This document shows positions 35,524 through 44,638 of a stretch of DNA of 64,000 nt, in pieces. The notes below the pieces were generated by a model, which was not told where the DNA came from, searched no databases, and worked only from the letters and a program-made list of their open reading frames with translations. Both the position numbers and the translations under genes were made by a program. The stretch's first letter is position 1, and each line of letters begins with the position of its first letter. The DNA is from Betaproteobacteria bacterium (lineage in GTDB: Bacteria > Pseudomonadota > Gammaproteobacteria > Burkholderiales > SG8-39), in NCBI GenBank assembly GCA_031389685.1, contig JANMSV010000211.1:2263-66262 (forward strand). Direction: 5' to 3'.

Positions 35524-36141
35524 CCCCGCTTCCGCTGCCTGAAGCCAGTCATCAAGCAGCGCGCGCGCTCGCTCCACGCCCTCGCCCGATACGCTCGAGA
35601 ACAACAGGGCCTCGCCGTCAAAAGCCCGCTCGGCAAGTCGCGTGCGCGCGGATTTGAGGACCTTGGTGCGTTCCTGGCGCGACAGCTTGTCGCACTTGGC
35701 CAGCAACACCAGCAAGCGCCGACCTGCGGGCCGCAGCCATTCCAGCAAGTACTCGTCGTGCGCAGTGAACGGGCGTCGCGCGTCCATCAATACCACTACG
35801 CCGGCGAGTACGCTGCGCGAGCCGAGATAGGCGCCGACCAGCTGGTCCCAGTGCGCACGAATTTCCTGCGGGACGCGCGCGTAACCGTAGCCCGGGAGGT
35901 CAACCAGCAGTCCCCGCCCGTCGAGATCGAAGAAATTGATGGTCTGCGTTCGGCCGGGGGTCTTGGAAAAAAACGCCAGCCGCTTGCGGTTGGCGAGGGC
36001 ATTGATGGCGCTCGATTTGCCTACATTCGAGCGCCCGGCGAAAGCCAGCTCCGGCACATCTTCAGGCGGCATTCCACCGGTAATTCCTGCGGAAACGAGG
36101 AACTCCACGCGGGAAAAGGCGTTGCTGGATTCCGGCATCAC
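35494..36141 (-). CDS. engB: ribosome biogenesis GTP-binding protein YihA/YsxC
   Basis: G1 GRSNVGKSSAINAL, G3 DLPGYGYA, G4 LAKCDK. Start GTG 36141 or ATG 36138. Confidence 0.92.
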
Positions 36142-36192
36142 TGAAATTCCAATAAAATGAGGCGTTTCCTACCGCTTTCAGGGAGTCGCAGT

Positions 36193-36828
36193 ATGAACCG
36201 TTTGCTGGCGGCGCTGGCCGCCATGGTGTTGCTGTGGGCGGCGCAAGCCGTCGCGCAAGGCGCCGCCACGGCCGATCCTGCAAAGGGCGAGCGAATCGCC
36301 AAGCAGGTCTGCGCCGCATGCCACGCCGCCGATGGAAACAGCGCCCTGGCCGCCAATCCGAAGCTGGCGGGCCAGCTTCCGGAGTACCTGCACAAGCAGC
36401 TCGTCAACTTCAAGCCGCTGGGTGGCAAAAAAGCGGAGCGCGATAACGCGGTGATGTCGGCTATGGTGGCCGGCTTGTCCGATGGCGACATGCGCGACAT
36501 CGCCGCATTTTTCGCAACGCAAAGGCTGCGGCCGGCGGCGGCGGCCAGCAAGGAGCTCGCGGCGAAGGGCCAAAAGCTCTGGCGAGGCGGCAATGCGGCG
36601 AGCGGATTGCCCGCATGCGCGGGCTGCCACGGTCCGGACGGAGCCGGCATTCCGAGTCGGTACCCGCGCCTCTCCGGCCAGTTCGCGGAGTACGTGGACG
36701 CGCAACTTAAGCTGTTCCGGGCGGGCAGTCGCGCCAATGACCCCAACGGCATGATGCGCGGCGTGGCCGCGCGCATGACCGACCAGGAAATCAGGGCGGT
36801 CGCGGAGTACGCTGCCGGCCTGCGATAG
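36193..36828 (+). CDS. cytochrome c4 (diheme)
   Basis: Signal peptide plus two CxxCH sites (CAACH, CAGCH) in two homologous halves. GGGAG Shine-Dalgarno before ATG 36193. Divergent from engB, as in other proteobacteria. Confidence 0.9.
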   Translation: MNRLLAALAAMVLLWAAQAVAQGAATADPAKGERIAKQVCAACHAADGNSALAANPKLAGQLPEYLHKQLVNFKPLGGKKAERDNAVMSAMVAGLSDGDMRDIAAFFATQRLRPAAAASKELAAKGQKLWRGGNAASGLPACAGCHGPDGAGIPSRYPRLSGQFAEYVDAQLKLFRAGSRANDPNGMMRGVAARMTDQEIRAVAEYAAGLR

Positions 36829-36898
36829 TCCGCTGGGGCGAAATAAAAGCCCTTGCGGCGCTGTTCGCTCCCAAGCAGTCCACCTAGAGGAGAACGCG

Positions 36899-37357
36899 AT
36901 GAAGAAGAGCTTGATTGCAGCCGCCGTAGCCATTGTTCTGGGCGCCGGCGTTACGCACACTGTGTTCGCACAAGCGAAGCCCGAGATCCTGGTGAAGCAG
37001 CGTCAGGCGGTCATGACGCTGCAGGGCAAGTACTTCGGCCCGCTCGCCGCCATGGCGCAGGGCAAGGCGCCGTACAACGCGGCAGCCGCCCAGCGCAACG
37101 CCGGGTTCCTCGACAATCTGAGCAGAATGGCCTGGGACGGTTTCGATCCCGCCACGAAGAACGAGAAGAGCCGGGCCTTGCCGGCAGTGTACGACGAGGG
37201 CGCGAAATTCAAGCAGGCCGCGACCCGGCTGGAGAACGAAACGTCCAAATTGGTTTCGTTGGCGGCTGGCGGCGATGAGGCGGCGGTAAAGGCGCAAATC
37301 GGTGCGGTCGGCAAGACATGCGGCGCTTGCCACGACGACTTCCGCGAGAAACAGTAA
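36899..37357 (+). CDS. cytochrome c-prime (class II cytochrome c)
   Basis: Signal peptide, four-helix-type sequence, and a single heme site CGACH four residues from... the C-terminal end (CGACHDDFREKQ*). Confidence 0.85.
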   Translation: MKKSLIAAAVAIVLGAGVTHTVFAQAKPEILVKQRQAVMTLQGKYFGPLAAMAQGKAPYNAAAAQRNAGFLDNLSRMAWDGFDPATKNEKSRALPAVYDEGAKFKQAATRLENETSKLVSLAAGGDEAAVKAQIGAVGKTCGACHDDFREKQ

Positions 37358-37362
37358 TCGAC

Positions 37363-38241
37363 TTGAGACCTGAGAAGAGCCCCGCGTTGGCGGGGCTTTT
37401 CCTTTTTGCGGCCCTTTGCTGCGCCCTCGCGCCGCCTGCCCTTGGGAAGGGCGACGCCAAGCACGGCGCGTACCTCGCGAAAGCAGGCGGCTGCGCCGGC
37501 TGCCATACGGAGGACAAGAAGGGCGCCGTGCCCTACGCGGGAGGGCGCGAATTGAAGACGCCGTTCGGCACCTTCTACGGGCCGAACATCACGCCGCACG
37601 CCGAGGCAGGCCTCGGGCGCTGGAGCGAGGCGGATTTCCTGCGCGCCCTGCGTTCCGGGAAGCGACCCGATGGCGCGCACTACTTTCCAGCGTTTCCGTA
37701 CCCTTCGTTCACCTTGATCACCGACGCGGACGTGCGCGACCTCTGGGCCTACCTGCGCTCGCTGCCGCCGGAGCGCCGCGCGAGCCGTCCCCACGACCTG
37801 AGTTTTCCTTTCAACCTGAGATTCCTGGTCGTCTTCTGGAACTGGCTGTACTTCTCGCCAGGCCCGTTCGTCGCGGATGCCGGGCGCGCGCCGACGCTTA
37901 ATCGGGGCGCCTACCTGGTGGGTGCGCTCGGCCATTGCGGCGAGTGCCACACGCCGCGCAATTTCCTTGGCGGCCTGAAGCGGGGCCGGCTGCTCGCCGG
38001 CGCGGCAAAAGGCCCCGACGGCAAGAGCGTGCCAAACCTGACGCCGGCGAAGCTGAAGAAATGGGACGACAACGAACTCAAGGAGTTCCTGGTCGTCGGC
38101 ATCACCCCGGACGGCGACGTCGCCGCGGAGACCATGGGGGAAGTGATCCGAAATACCACCAGCCAGCTGACCCCTGAGGACCTTGCAGCGCTGATTCGCT
38201 ACCTGCGCTCGCTGCCGGCGCATGCCGACGAGCCGCGCTGA
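37363..38241 (+). CDS. diheme c-type cytochrome
   Basis: Two heme sites, CAGCH and CGECH. A TTG start at 37363 gives a canonical signal peptide (RPEKSPALAGLFLFAALCCALAPPALG). The alternative ATG 37318 would overlap the c-prime gene by 40 nt. Confidence 0.7.
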   Translation: MRPEKSPALAGLFLFAALCCALAPPALGKGDAKHGAYLAKAGGCAGCHTEDKKGAVPYAGGRELKTPFGTFYGPNITPHAEAGLGRWSEADFLRALRSGKRPDGAHYFPAFPYPSFTLITDADVRDLWAYLRSLPPERRASRPHDLSFPFNLRFLVVFWNWLYFSPGPFVADAGRAPTLNRGAYLVGALGHCGECHTPRNFLGGLKRGRLLAGAAKGPDGKSVPNLTPAKLKKWDDNELKEFLVVGITPDGDVAAETMGEVIRNTTSQLTPEDLAALIRYLRSLPAHADEPR

Positions 38242-38292
38242 GCGCTTGCCTTTGTTGACGGAATACCTCGCCGCAAGGCACTGTTCTGTCCA

Positions 38293-38790
38293 ATGAGCAA
38301 CGCGCAGAGCCTGATCGATCTGATTCCGCGGTTGCGGCGCTATGCGCGCGCGCTGGTCGGCGACCGCGCGGCGGCGGACGACCTGGTGCAGGACACGCTG
38401 GAGCGCGCCTGGTCGAAGCTGCATCTGTACCAAAGCGGCACGGACTTGCGCGCCTGGCTGTTTACGGTGATGCACAACGTGCACGTGAACCGGGTGCGGG
38501 CGGCGCGGCCCACCGAATCGCTCGATGACGAGATGCCGGAACTCGCGCAGCGCGCCACGCAGGGGGACGCGCTGGTGGTGCGTGATCTCGAGCGCGGCAT
38601 CGCCGCGCTGCCTGTGGCGCAGCGCGAGGTGCTGCTGCTGGTGGCGCTCGAGGACCTGAGCTACGACGAGACCGCGCGCGCGCTCGGCATTCCGATCGGC
38701 ACCGTGATGTCGAGGCTGTCGCGGGCGCGCGAAAAGCTGCGCATACTGATGAACGGAAAGGGCGGCGGCAAGCTGCAAGTCGTGAAATGA
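38293..38790 (+). CDS. ECF-type RNA polymerase sigma-70 factor
   Basis: Region 2 (DLVQDTLERAW, WLFTVMHN) and region 4 (REVLLLVALEDLSYDETARALGIPIGTVMSRLSRAR). Confidence 0.9.
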   Translation: MSNAQSLIDLIPRLRRYARALVGDRAAADDLVQDTLERAWSKLHLYQSGTDLRAWLFTVMHNVHVNRVRAARPTESLDDEMPELAQRATQGDALVVRDLERGIAALPVAQREVLLLVALEDLSYDETARALGIPIGTVMSRLSRAREKLRILMNGKGGGKLQVVK

Positions 38791-39566
38791 GCGAGATGAG
38801 CGCGATCAGCGAAGCGGAATTGCAGGCTTGGGCGGACGGCCGGCTCGACGAGGGCCGGCGCGTGGCGCTGGAGGCCTGGTTTGCCGCGCACCCCGAGGAA
38901 GCGGAGCGCGCCGCGGCCTACCGCGGCTTCAGCGAGCAGCTGCGCATCCGTTTCGACCCGGTGCTGGAGGAACCCGTTCCGCTGCGCCTGCAGCTTGCGG
39001 CGCGGCGCGGGGCGCGACTGCGCACGCTCGGCGTTGCGGCCGGATGGGTTGCGCTGGGCATTGCCGTAGGCACTGTTGCCGGCTGGCAGTTGCACGCGCT
39101 GCAGGCGCCGGCGTCAGCCGCCAAGGCGGAGGCGCCGGTCATCGCGCGGCGTGCCGCGCTGGCGCATGCGACCTACTCCCCCGAGGTGCGTCACCCGGTG
39201 GAGGTGGGCGCCGACCAGGAGCAGCACTTGGTGGCCTGGTTGTCCAAGCGCCTCGGCGGCGAAGTGCGCGCGCCCAAGCTCGACGCTGAAGGCATGGCAC
39301 TGGTGGGCGGGCGCCTGCTGCCGCAAGACCCGGGACCGGTCGCGCAATTCATGTATCAGAACGCGCAGGGCCGGCGCGTGACGCTCTATGTGCGCACCGA
39401 GGGGCTGGATCACCGGGAGACGGCGTTCCGCTACGCTCGCGAAGGAAACGTGCGCGTGTTCTACTGGATCGACCGCAAATTCGGCTACGCGCTTTCCTCG
39501 GGCGACATGGAGCGCGAGGAACTTCTCAAGCTCGCCAACGTGGTCTACCGCCAGCTCAATCCCTGA
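38787..39566 (+). CDS. membrane anti-sigma factor
   Basis: ATGA overlap with the ECF sigma gene. N-terminal anti-sigma helix region (ELQAWADGRLDEGRR), a single TM (LGVAAGWVALGIAVGTVAGW) and a periplasmic C-terminal domain. Confidence 0.7.
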   Translation: MSEMSAISEAELQAWADGRLDEGRRVALEAWFAAHPEEAERAAAYRGFSEQLRIRFDPVLEEPVPLRLQLAARRGARLRTLGVAAGWVALGIAVGTVAGWQLHALQAPASAAKAEAPVIARRAALAHATYSPEVRHPVEVGADQEQHLVAWLSKRLGGEVRAPKLDAEGMALVGGRLLPQDPGPVAQFMYQNAQGRRVTLYVRTEGLDHRETAFRYAREGNVRVFYWIDRKFGYALSSGDMEREELLKLANVVYRQLNP

Positions 39567-39579
39567 GCAGGACTGCGCT

Positions 39580-40386
39580 TCAGGCGCCGCTGGCGGTGCG
39601 GATCAAATAGCCGCCGGACTTGTCGTCGCGTTCGAGGGTCACCAGCTTGCGCTTTTCCGCCTCCTCGAGCAGGTCGGAGAACGCCTTGAAGCCGTAGTAG
39701 GACTCGTTGAAGCCGGGCTTTCTGCGCTTGAGCGCCTGCTTGACCATCGAGCCCCAGATCTTTTCGCCCTCGCCGCGCTCGGCGATCAGCGCCTGCAGCG
39801 TCTCGATCACCAGGTCGAAAGCCTCCTGCTTCTTGTCGTCGGTCGGCGCGGCATCCTTGGGCACGCCCGCCGGACGCACCTCTCGGCGCCTTTTGGCGGC
39901 GCGGCGCTTCACCTCGTCCTCGCGTACCAGGTCGTCGTAGTAGATGAACTCGTCGCAGTTGGCGACCAGCAGGTCGGAGGAAGAATTCTTCACTCCGACC
40001 CCGATTACGGTCTTCGCGTTTTCCCGCAGCTTGGAAACCAGGGGCGAGAAGTCCGAGTCACCACTGACGATGACGAAGCTGTCCACGTGTTGCTTGGTGT
40101 AGCAAAGGTCGAGGGCGTCCACCACCATGCGGATGTCGGCCGAATTTTTGCCCGACTGGCTGCGGTGCGGGATCTCGATCAGCTCGAAAGCGGCGGCGTG
40201 CATGCCGCCCTTGAACTCCTTGTAGCGATCCCAGTCGCAATAGGCCTTCTTCACCACGATGGAGCCCTTGAGCAGCAGCTTTTCCAGCACCCGCCCGATG
40301 TCGAATTTCTCGTACTTCGCGTCGCGTACGCCCAGCGCGACGTTTTCGAAGTCGCAGAATACGGCGAGATTGCGGGTGTCGGTCAT
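39580..40386 (-). CDS. NYN (LabA-like) nuclease-domain protein with C-terminal OST-HTH/LOTUS domain
   Basis: NYN acidic motifs FCDFENV, SADIRMVVDALD and IVSGDSDFSPLV. C-terminal LOTUS-like region IWGSMVKQALKRRKPGFNESYYGFKAFSDLL. ATGA overlap with the RND gene stop. Confidence 0.8.
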   Translation of the reverse strand: MTDTRNLAVFCDFENVALGVRDAKYEKFDIGRVLEKLLLKGSIVVKKAYCDWDRYKEFKGGMHAAAFELIEIPHRSQSGKNSADIRMVVDALDLCYTKQHVDSFVIVSGDSDFSPLVSKLRENAKTVIGVGVKNSSSDLLVANCDEFIYYDDLVREDEVKRRAAKRRREVRPAGVPKDAAPTDDKKQEAFDLVIETLQALIAERGEGEKIWGSMVKQALKRRKPGFNESYYGFKAFSDLLEEAEKRKLVTLERDDKSGGYLIRTASGA

Positions 40387-43300
40387 GCCGGTCCTTGTTG
40401 TCGTTGCTGGGTTTGTGCGTGCTGCTGTCGCGCGCGGCGGTGTTCGCGCCAGTTTTCCACCAGCGAGTATGCGGCGGGCACCACCACCAGCGTGAGCAGG
40501 GTGGAGGTGATCATGCCGCCGATCACCGCAACTGCGAGCGGCGCGTTGGTCTCCGCGCCTGGGCCGACGCCGAACGCCGCCGGCAGCAAGGCAAGTATCA
40601 GCGTGGCGGAAGTCATCAGCACCGGGCGCATGCGGATCGGGCAGGCATCGGTCAGGGCCTGGTCCACGCCCAGGCCCTGCGCGCGACGCTGGTTCGTGAG
40701 GTCGACCAGCAGGATGGAATTCTTCGCCACCAGACCGATCAGCAGCACCAGGCCGATCATCGAGTAGATGTTAAGCGTATGCACCGGGATGCGCAGCCCG
40801 GTGAGCGCGCCCAGCGCCGACAGCGGCTGGAACATCCACAACGCGAATACTCCGCCGATGATCGCCAGCGGCACGGCGAGCATGATGATCAGCGGCTGCA
40901 GGAAGGAGTTGAACTGGCTGGCCAGCACCATGTAGAGCAGCACCAGCGCGAGCACGAAGGTGAAGGTCGTCGCCTGGCTGGTCTTCTCCAGCTGCTCGGC
41001 CTCGCCCACGAAAGCGACCGTGTAGCCGATCGGCAGCCCGCGCGCGGCATCGCGCACTTTTTCGATTGCCGCGCCGAGCGATACTGACGGCGTGGCGTAG
41101 AAAGTGGCGGAGTACTGCAGGTCAAAGCGTGAGATCACCGCCGGTCCCAGCGCCTCTCGGAAGCGTGCCACGCTGTCCAGGCGCACCAGTTGCCCGGTGC
41201 GGTTCCTGAGATAGATCTTGGACAGGTCGGCCTGCTGCTCGAACTCGCCGTCCTTGGCCTTGACGCGGATGTCGTAGCGTTCGCCATCGCCCGGGTGGTC
41301 GTTGTACTTGGCGATGTCCACGCCCCCGGTCAGCATGTTGATGGCGAGCGCTACGTCGGCCGAGGTGAGGCCGAGCCCCGCGGCGCGCGCTCGGTCGGGC
41401 TCCAGGACCAGCTGCGGCAGTTCGAGCTGCAGGTCGGTGTCCATGCGGCCGATCGCGGGGTCGGCCTGCAGCCGCAGCTGCAACTGCCCGGCAAGGCGCC
41501 CCATTTCCTGCAGGTTCGGGCCGCGCACCACGAATTGCAGCGGCTCGGAGCGCTGCCCCTGCACCAGGCCGAAGGCGCGCGGGAACGCGCGCGCACCGGC
41601 GATCTGCGCCAGGTCCAGGCGCAGCAGCGCGATGACCTCCTGCTGCGAGCGCCGCCTCTCGCTCTTGGGTTTCATGCGAGCCACCAGCGTCGCCTGGTTG
41701 ACCTGCTGTGCCGAGCCCAGGCCGATGACGCCGAACTCGGTGACGATCTCGGGGTAGCGGAACGCGATCTCCTCGACTTCGCGCAGTTTCGACTCGGTGT
41801 ACTGGATGGAGGAGCCCAGCGGCGTACGGATACCGACCAGGAAGCGTCCCTCGTCCTGCTGCGGCGCTAGCTCGGTGGGCAGTTGCTTGAAGAAGTAGAC
41901 CGACGAGAGGGTTACCAGCAGCGCAGCCAACATGACTTTCCAGCGGTGGGCCAGCGCGCCGCTGAGCGCGCGGCGATAAAAGTCGTCCATGCGTTTGAAC
42001 GCGCGCTCCAGCACCCAGTACAGGCGGCTGTGCTTCTCGCGCACCTCGAGGTAGCGCGAACACAGCATCGGCGTGAGGGTGAGGGAAACAAACAGCGACA
42101 CCAGTACGCCGAAAGTAACCACCACGGCGAACGAACGCAGGAATTGCCCCAGGATTCCGGAGACGAAGATCACCGGTGCGAAAATCGCCACCAGCGACAA
42201 ACTGGCGGCCATCACCGCGAAGGTCACTTCGCGGCTGCCCGAGACCGCGGCTTTGGACCGGTCGGGTTCCAGGTGCTCGCGATGCCGGTAGATGTTCTCC
42301 AGCACCACGATGGCGTCGTCCACCACCACGCCGACCAGCAGCAGCAGGGCGAGCAGCGTGACGGAATTGAAGGTGTAGCCGAAGAAGTACATGACCGCGA
42401 TGGCGCCGAACAGCGACACGGGGATCGACGTGGCGATGATCAGCGTCGAGCGGAAGCTTTTCAGGAACAGCCAGACAATGAGCGACGCGAGCAGCGTGCC
42501 TTCGATCAGGTGGCTCTTCAGCGCGTTCACCATCTCGCCGATGAACACGGCGTCGTTCTGCACGTAGTGCAGCTCCAAGCCTGGAGGCAGCTGCGGGCGG
42601 ATCTCGTTTTCGATTCGCTCGCGCACCTTGGCGATGATGTCCACCGTATTGGTGTTCGGCACCTTGACGATGCCGACGCCGACCGTCGACTTGCCGTTGA
42701 AGCGCGCCAGCTGGCGGAAATCGGCCAGGCCATCCTCGATTTCCGCGACGTCACGCAGGCGCACCGCGGCGCCATCGCGGTAACCCACGATCATCGCCGC
42801 CAGGTCGTCGAGGCGATGGAATTCCAGGTCAAGCTTGACCAGATGCTCGGTCGTGCGGCCGACGAGGAAGCCGCCGGAGAACTGGACGTGCTCACGACCG
42901 AACGCGTCGCTGATGTCCTGCGCGGCGATGCCGAAGGCAGCCATCTTCGCTGGCAGCAGATTGACGCGGATGGTGCGATCGCGCCGCCCGCCGATGCGCA
43001 CCTCGCCGACGCCGTCGACCGTTTCCAGCCGCTTCTTGATGACGTTGATCGCGTACAGGTTGAGCTGCTGCTGGGTACGGTCGCCCTGCAGGGCGGTCCA
43101 CATGATCGGCTGGGTGTTGGTCTCGACCTTGGCGACGACGGGCGGGTCCGCGTCTCTGGGCAGGCGGCGGACCACCTGGTTGACCTTGGCCTGCACTTCC
43201 TGGAACGCGGAGTCGATGCGCTTGTCCAGGTTGAACGTGATGGCGACCACCGAGGTGCCGGGGGAGGAAGTCGACTGGATGTGCTCGATGCCCGGGACGC

Positions 43301-43517
43301 TGTTCACGGCGGTCTCGATCAGGTTGGTAAGCGAGGCATCGACGATGTCCGGATTGGCACCCTTCTGTACCGTGGTGACCGAGATCACTGGAAACTCGAT
43401 GTACGGCAGCTTGTCGATGCCGATCCGGGTATAGGCGATGACGCCGAAAAGAATCAGCACCGCGTTCAGCATGAACGCGAATACGTGGCGCCTGATCGAT
43501 AGCTCAGGCAGGTTCAC
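40383..43517 (-). CDS. RND efflux transporter permease (AcrB/HAE1-like)
   Basis: 1044 aa with 12-TM RND architecture. N-terminus LPELSIRRHVFAFMLNAVLILFG and conserved VVDDAIVVLENI motif. Confidence 0.95.
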   Translation of the reverse strand: MNLPELSIRRHVFAFMLNAVLILFGVIAYTRIGIDKLPYIEFPVISVTTVQKGANPDIVDASLTNLIETAVNSVPGIEHIQSTSSPGTSVVAITFNLDKRIDSAFQEVQAKVNQVVRRLPRDADPPVVAKVETNTQPIMWTALQGDRTQQQLNLYAINVIKKRLETVDGVGEVRIGGRRDRTIRVNLLPAKMAAFGIAAQDISDAFGREHVQFSGGFLVGRTTEHLVKLDLEFHRLDDLAAMIVGYRDGAAVRLRDVAEIEDGLADFRQLARFNGKSTVGVGIVKVPNTNTVDIIAKVRERIENEIRPQLPPGLELHYVQNDAVFIGEMVNALKSHLIEGTLLASLIVWLFLKSFRSTLIIATSIPVSLFGAIAVMYFFGYTFNSVTLLALLLLVGVVVDDAIVVLENIYRHREHLEPDRSKAAVSGSREVTFAVMAASLSLVAIFAPVIFVSGILGQFLRSFAVVVTFGVLVSLFVSLTLTPMLCSRYLEVREKHSRLYWVLERAFKRMDDFYRRALSGALAHRWKVMLAALLVTLSSVYFFKQLPTELAPQQDEGRFLVGIRTPLGSSIQYTESKLREVEEIAFRYPEIVTEFGVIGLGSAQQVNQATLVARMKPKSERRRSQQEVIALLRLDLAQIAGARAFPRAFGLVQGQRSEPLQFVVRGPNLQEMGRLAGQLQLRLQADPAIGRMDTDLQLELPQLVLEPDRARAAGLGLTSADVALAINMLTGGVDIAKYNDHPGDGERYDIRVKAKDGEFEQQADLSKIYLRNRTGQLVRLDSVARFREALGPAVISRFDLQYSATFYATPSVSLGAAIEKVRDAARGLPIGYTVAFVGEAEQLEKTSQATTFTFVLALVLLYMVLASQFNSFLQPLIIMLAVPLAIIGGVFALWMFQPLSALGALTGLRIPVHTLNIYSMIGLVLLIGLVAKNSILLVDLTNQRRAQGLGVDQALTDACPIRMRPVLMTSATLILALLPAAFGVGPGAETNAPLAVAVIGGMITSTLLTLVVVPAAYSLVENWREHRRARQQHAQTQQRQQGPA

Positions 43518-44638
43518 GATGCCTTCCCGGCCGTCCCTGGTGCGGGTTTCGGCTTGGGTAGCGATACCGCGGCGCCATGGGTGAGAAACCCGGCACCGTC
43601 GACGGCGAGCGCATTGCCTGGCGCGATGCCCCGCAACACCTCGACCATGCCGTCTTGCCTGAGCCCGGTTTCTACCACGCGCTGCTCGGCGCGGCCGTCC
43701 TGGATGATGTACACCACATTGCCGGCGGGGCGCAGCACCACGCTTTGCTCCGGCACCATGATCGCCTCAGACTTGACCGACAGCACGACGCGCGCATTGA
43801 CGCTGCCGCCGCCGCGGAACGCGTGGCCGTCTGCCTCGAAGCGCACGATGGCGTCCAGCGCGCGATTACTGGTGCCGACCGTCGGTTTGATGTCCTCGAT
43901 ACGCGCCTCGACCTTGCGCTCGGGCGCAGCGGGCGAGGAGAGCACCACTTTGAGGCCGGGGCGGATGCGCTCGGCGGACGCCTCGGGAAACAGCAAGTGC
44001 GCGCGCAGCCGCTGCGTGCCGACCAGGTTGAACAGGGGATCGCCGACCTTGACGTAGTCGCCGGGTGCCACGGCCTGCACTGCGATCTCGCCGTCAATCG
44101 GCGCGACGACCCGCGTCTTGCCGAGGCTGCGGCCTGTGACTTCGGCGCGCACACGCGCCGCGGCGAGCTGCTCGCGCAATGCGTCGCGCTGGGCTGCCGC
44201 GTCGTCCGCGGAGTTCTGCGTGATGAATCCCTGGCCAACCAGCTTTTGCTGGCGCTCCACCACGCGCTCTTGCTGCGCCAGGAGGCTGCCAAGCCGCGCG
44301 ATCTCCGCCGCGTCGCCGCGCGACTGGATCTCGAAGTCCTGCGCATCGATCTCGGCCAGCAGTTCTCCCTTGCGCACCTTCTTTCCCGTCCGGCCCAGTA
44401 CACGTGTCACGCGTCCGGCCACTTCAGCACCGATCTTCGGGTCGAACACGTTCTCCAGCGAACCGACGACCTCTTCATAGACTTCGAGTGTGCGAGGTTG
44501 CACCACCGTCGTCGTAATGAGCACCGGCGGCGGGCCGGCGGGACCCTTCTTGGCCGAATCGGCTTCGCGCCCGCAGCCGGCCAGCGAGCCGCAGGCTGTG
44601 GCCCCGGCGAGAAGCAGCGCGCGAATGCAGATCACCAT
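43514..44638 (-). CDS. RND efflux periplasmic adaptor (membrane fusion) lipoprotein
   Basis: Lipobox SLAGCG, then coiled-coil hairpin, lipoyl and beta-barrel regions. ATG 44638 overlaps the lysA stop (ATGGTGA). 4-nt overlap with the RND gene. Confidence 0.88.
   Translation of the reverse strand: MVICIRALLLAGATACGSLAGCGREADSAKKGPAGPPPVLITTTVVQPRTLEVYEEVVGSLENVFDPKIGAEVAGRVTRVLGRTGKKVRKGELLAEIDAQDFEIQSRGDAAEIARLGSLLAQQERVVERQQKLVGQGFITQNSADDAAAQRDALREQLAAARVRAEVTGRSLGKTRVVAPIDGEIAVQAVAPGDYVKVGDPLFNLVGTQRLRAHLLFPEASAERIRPGLKVVLSSPAAPERKVEARIEDIKPTVGTSNRALDAIVRFEADGHAFRGGGSVNARVVLSVKSEAIMVPEQSVVLRPAGNVVYIIQDGRAEQRVVETGLRQDGMVEVLRGIAPGNALAVDGAGFLTHGAAVSLPKPKPAPGTAGKAS

Noticed and set aside
38260-38287. 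ECF-type autoregulatory promoter (GGAAT ... GTTCT) upstream of the ECF sigma gene.
   Set aside because: The spacer is 18 nt and the -10 does not match the common CGTC/GTCT core well. This is not enough to report as a feature.
37003-38778. 591-codon minus-strand ORF opposite the cytochrome and ECF sigma genes.
   Set aside because: It overlaps four well-supported + strand genes and their spacers, and its sequence is Arg/Ala/Gln-rich. It is a shadow ORF.
41883-43502. 539-codon + strand ORF inside the RND permease gene. A similar one lies at 47012..48628, inside mrcA.
   Set aside because: Both are antisense to highly conserved genes with charged low-complexity translations. They are artefacts of high GC.
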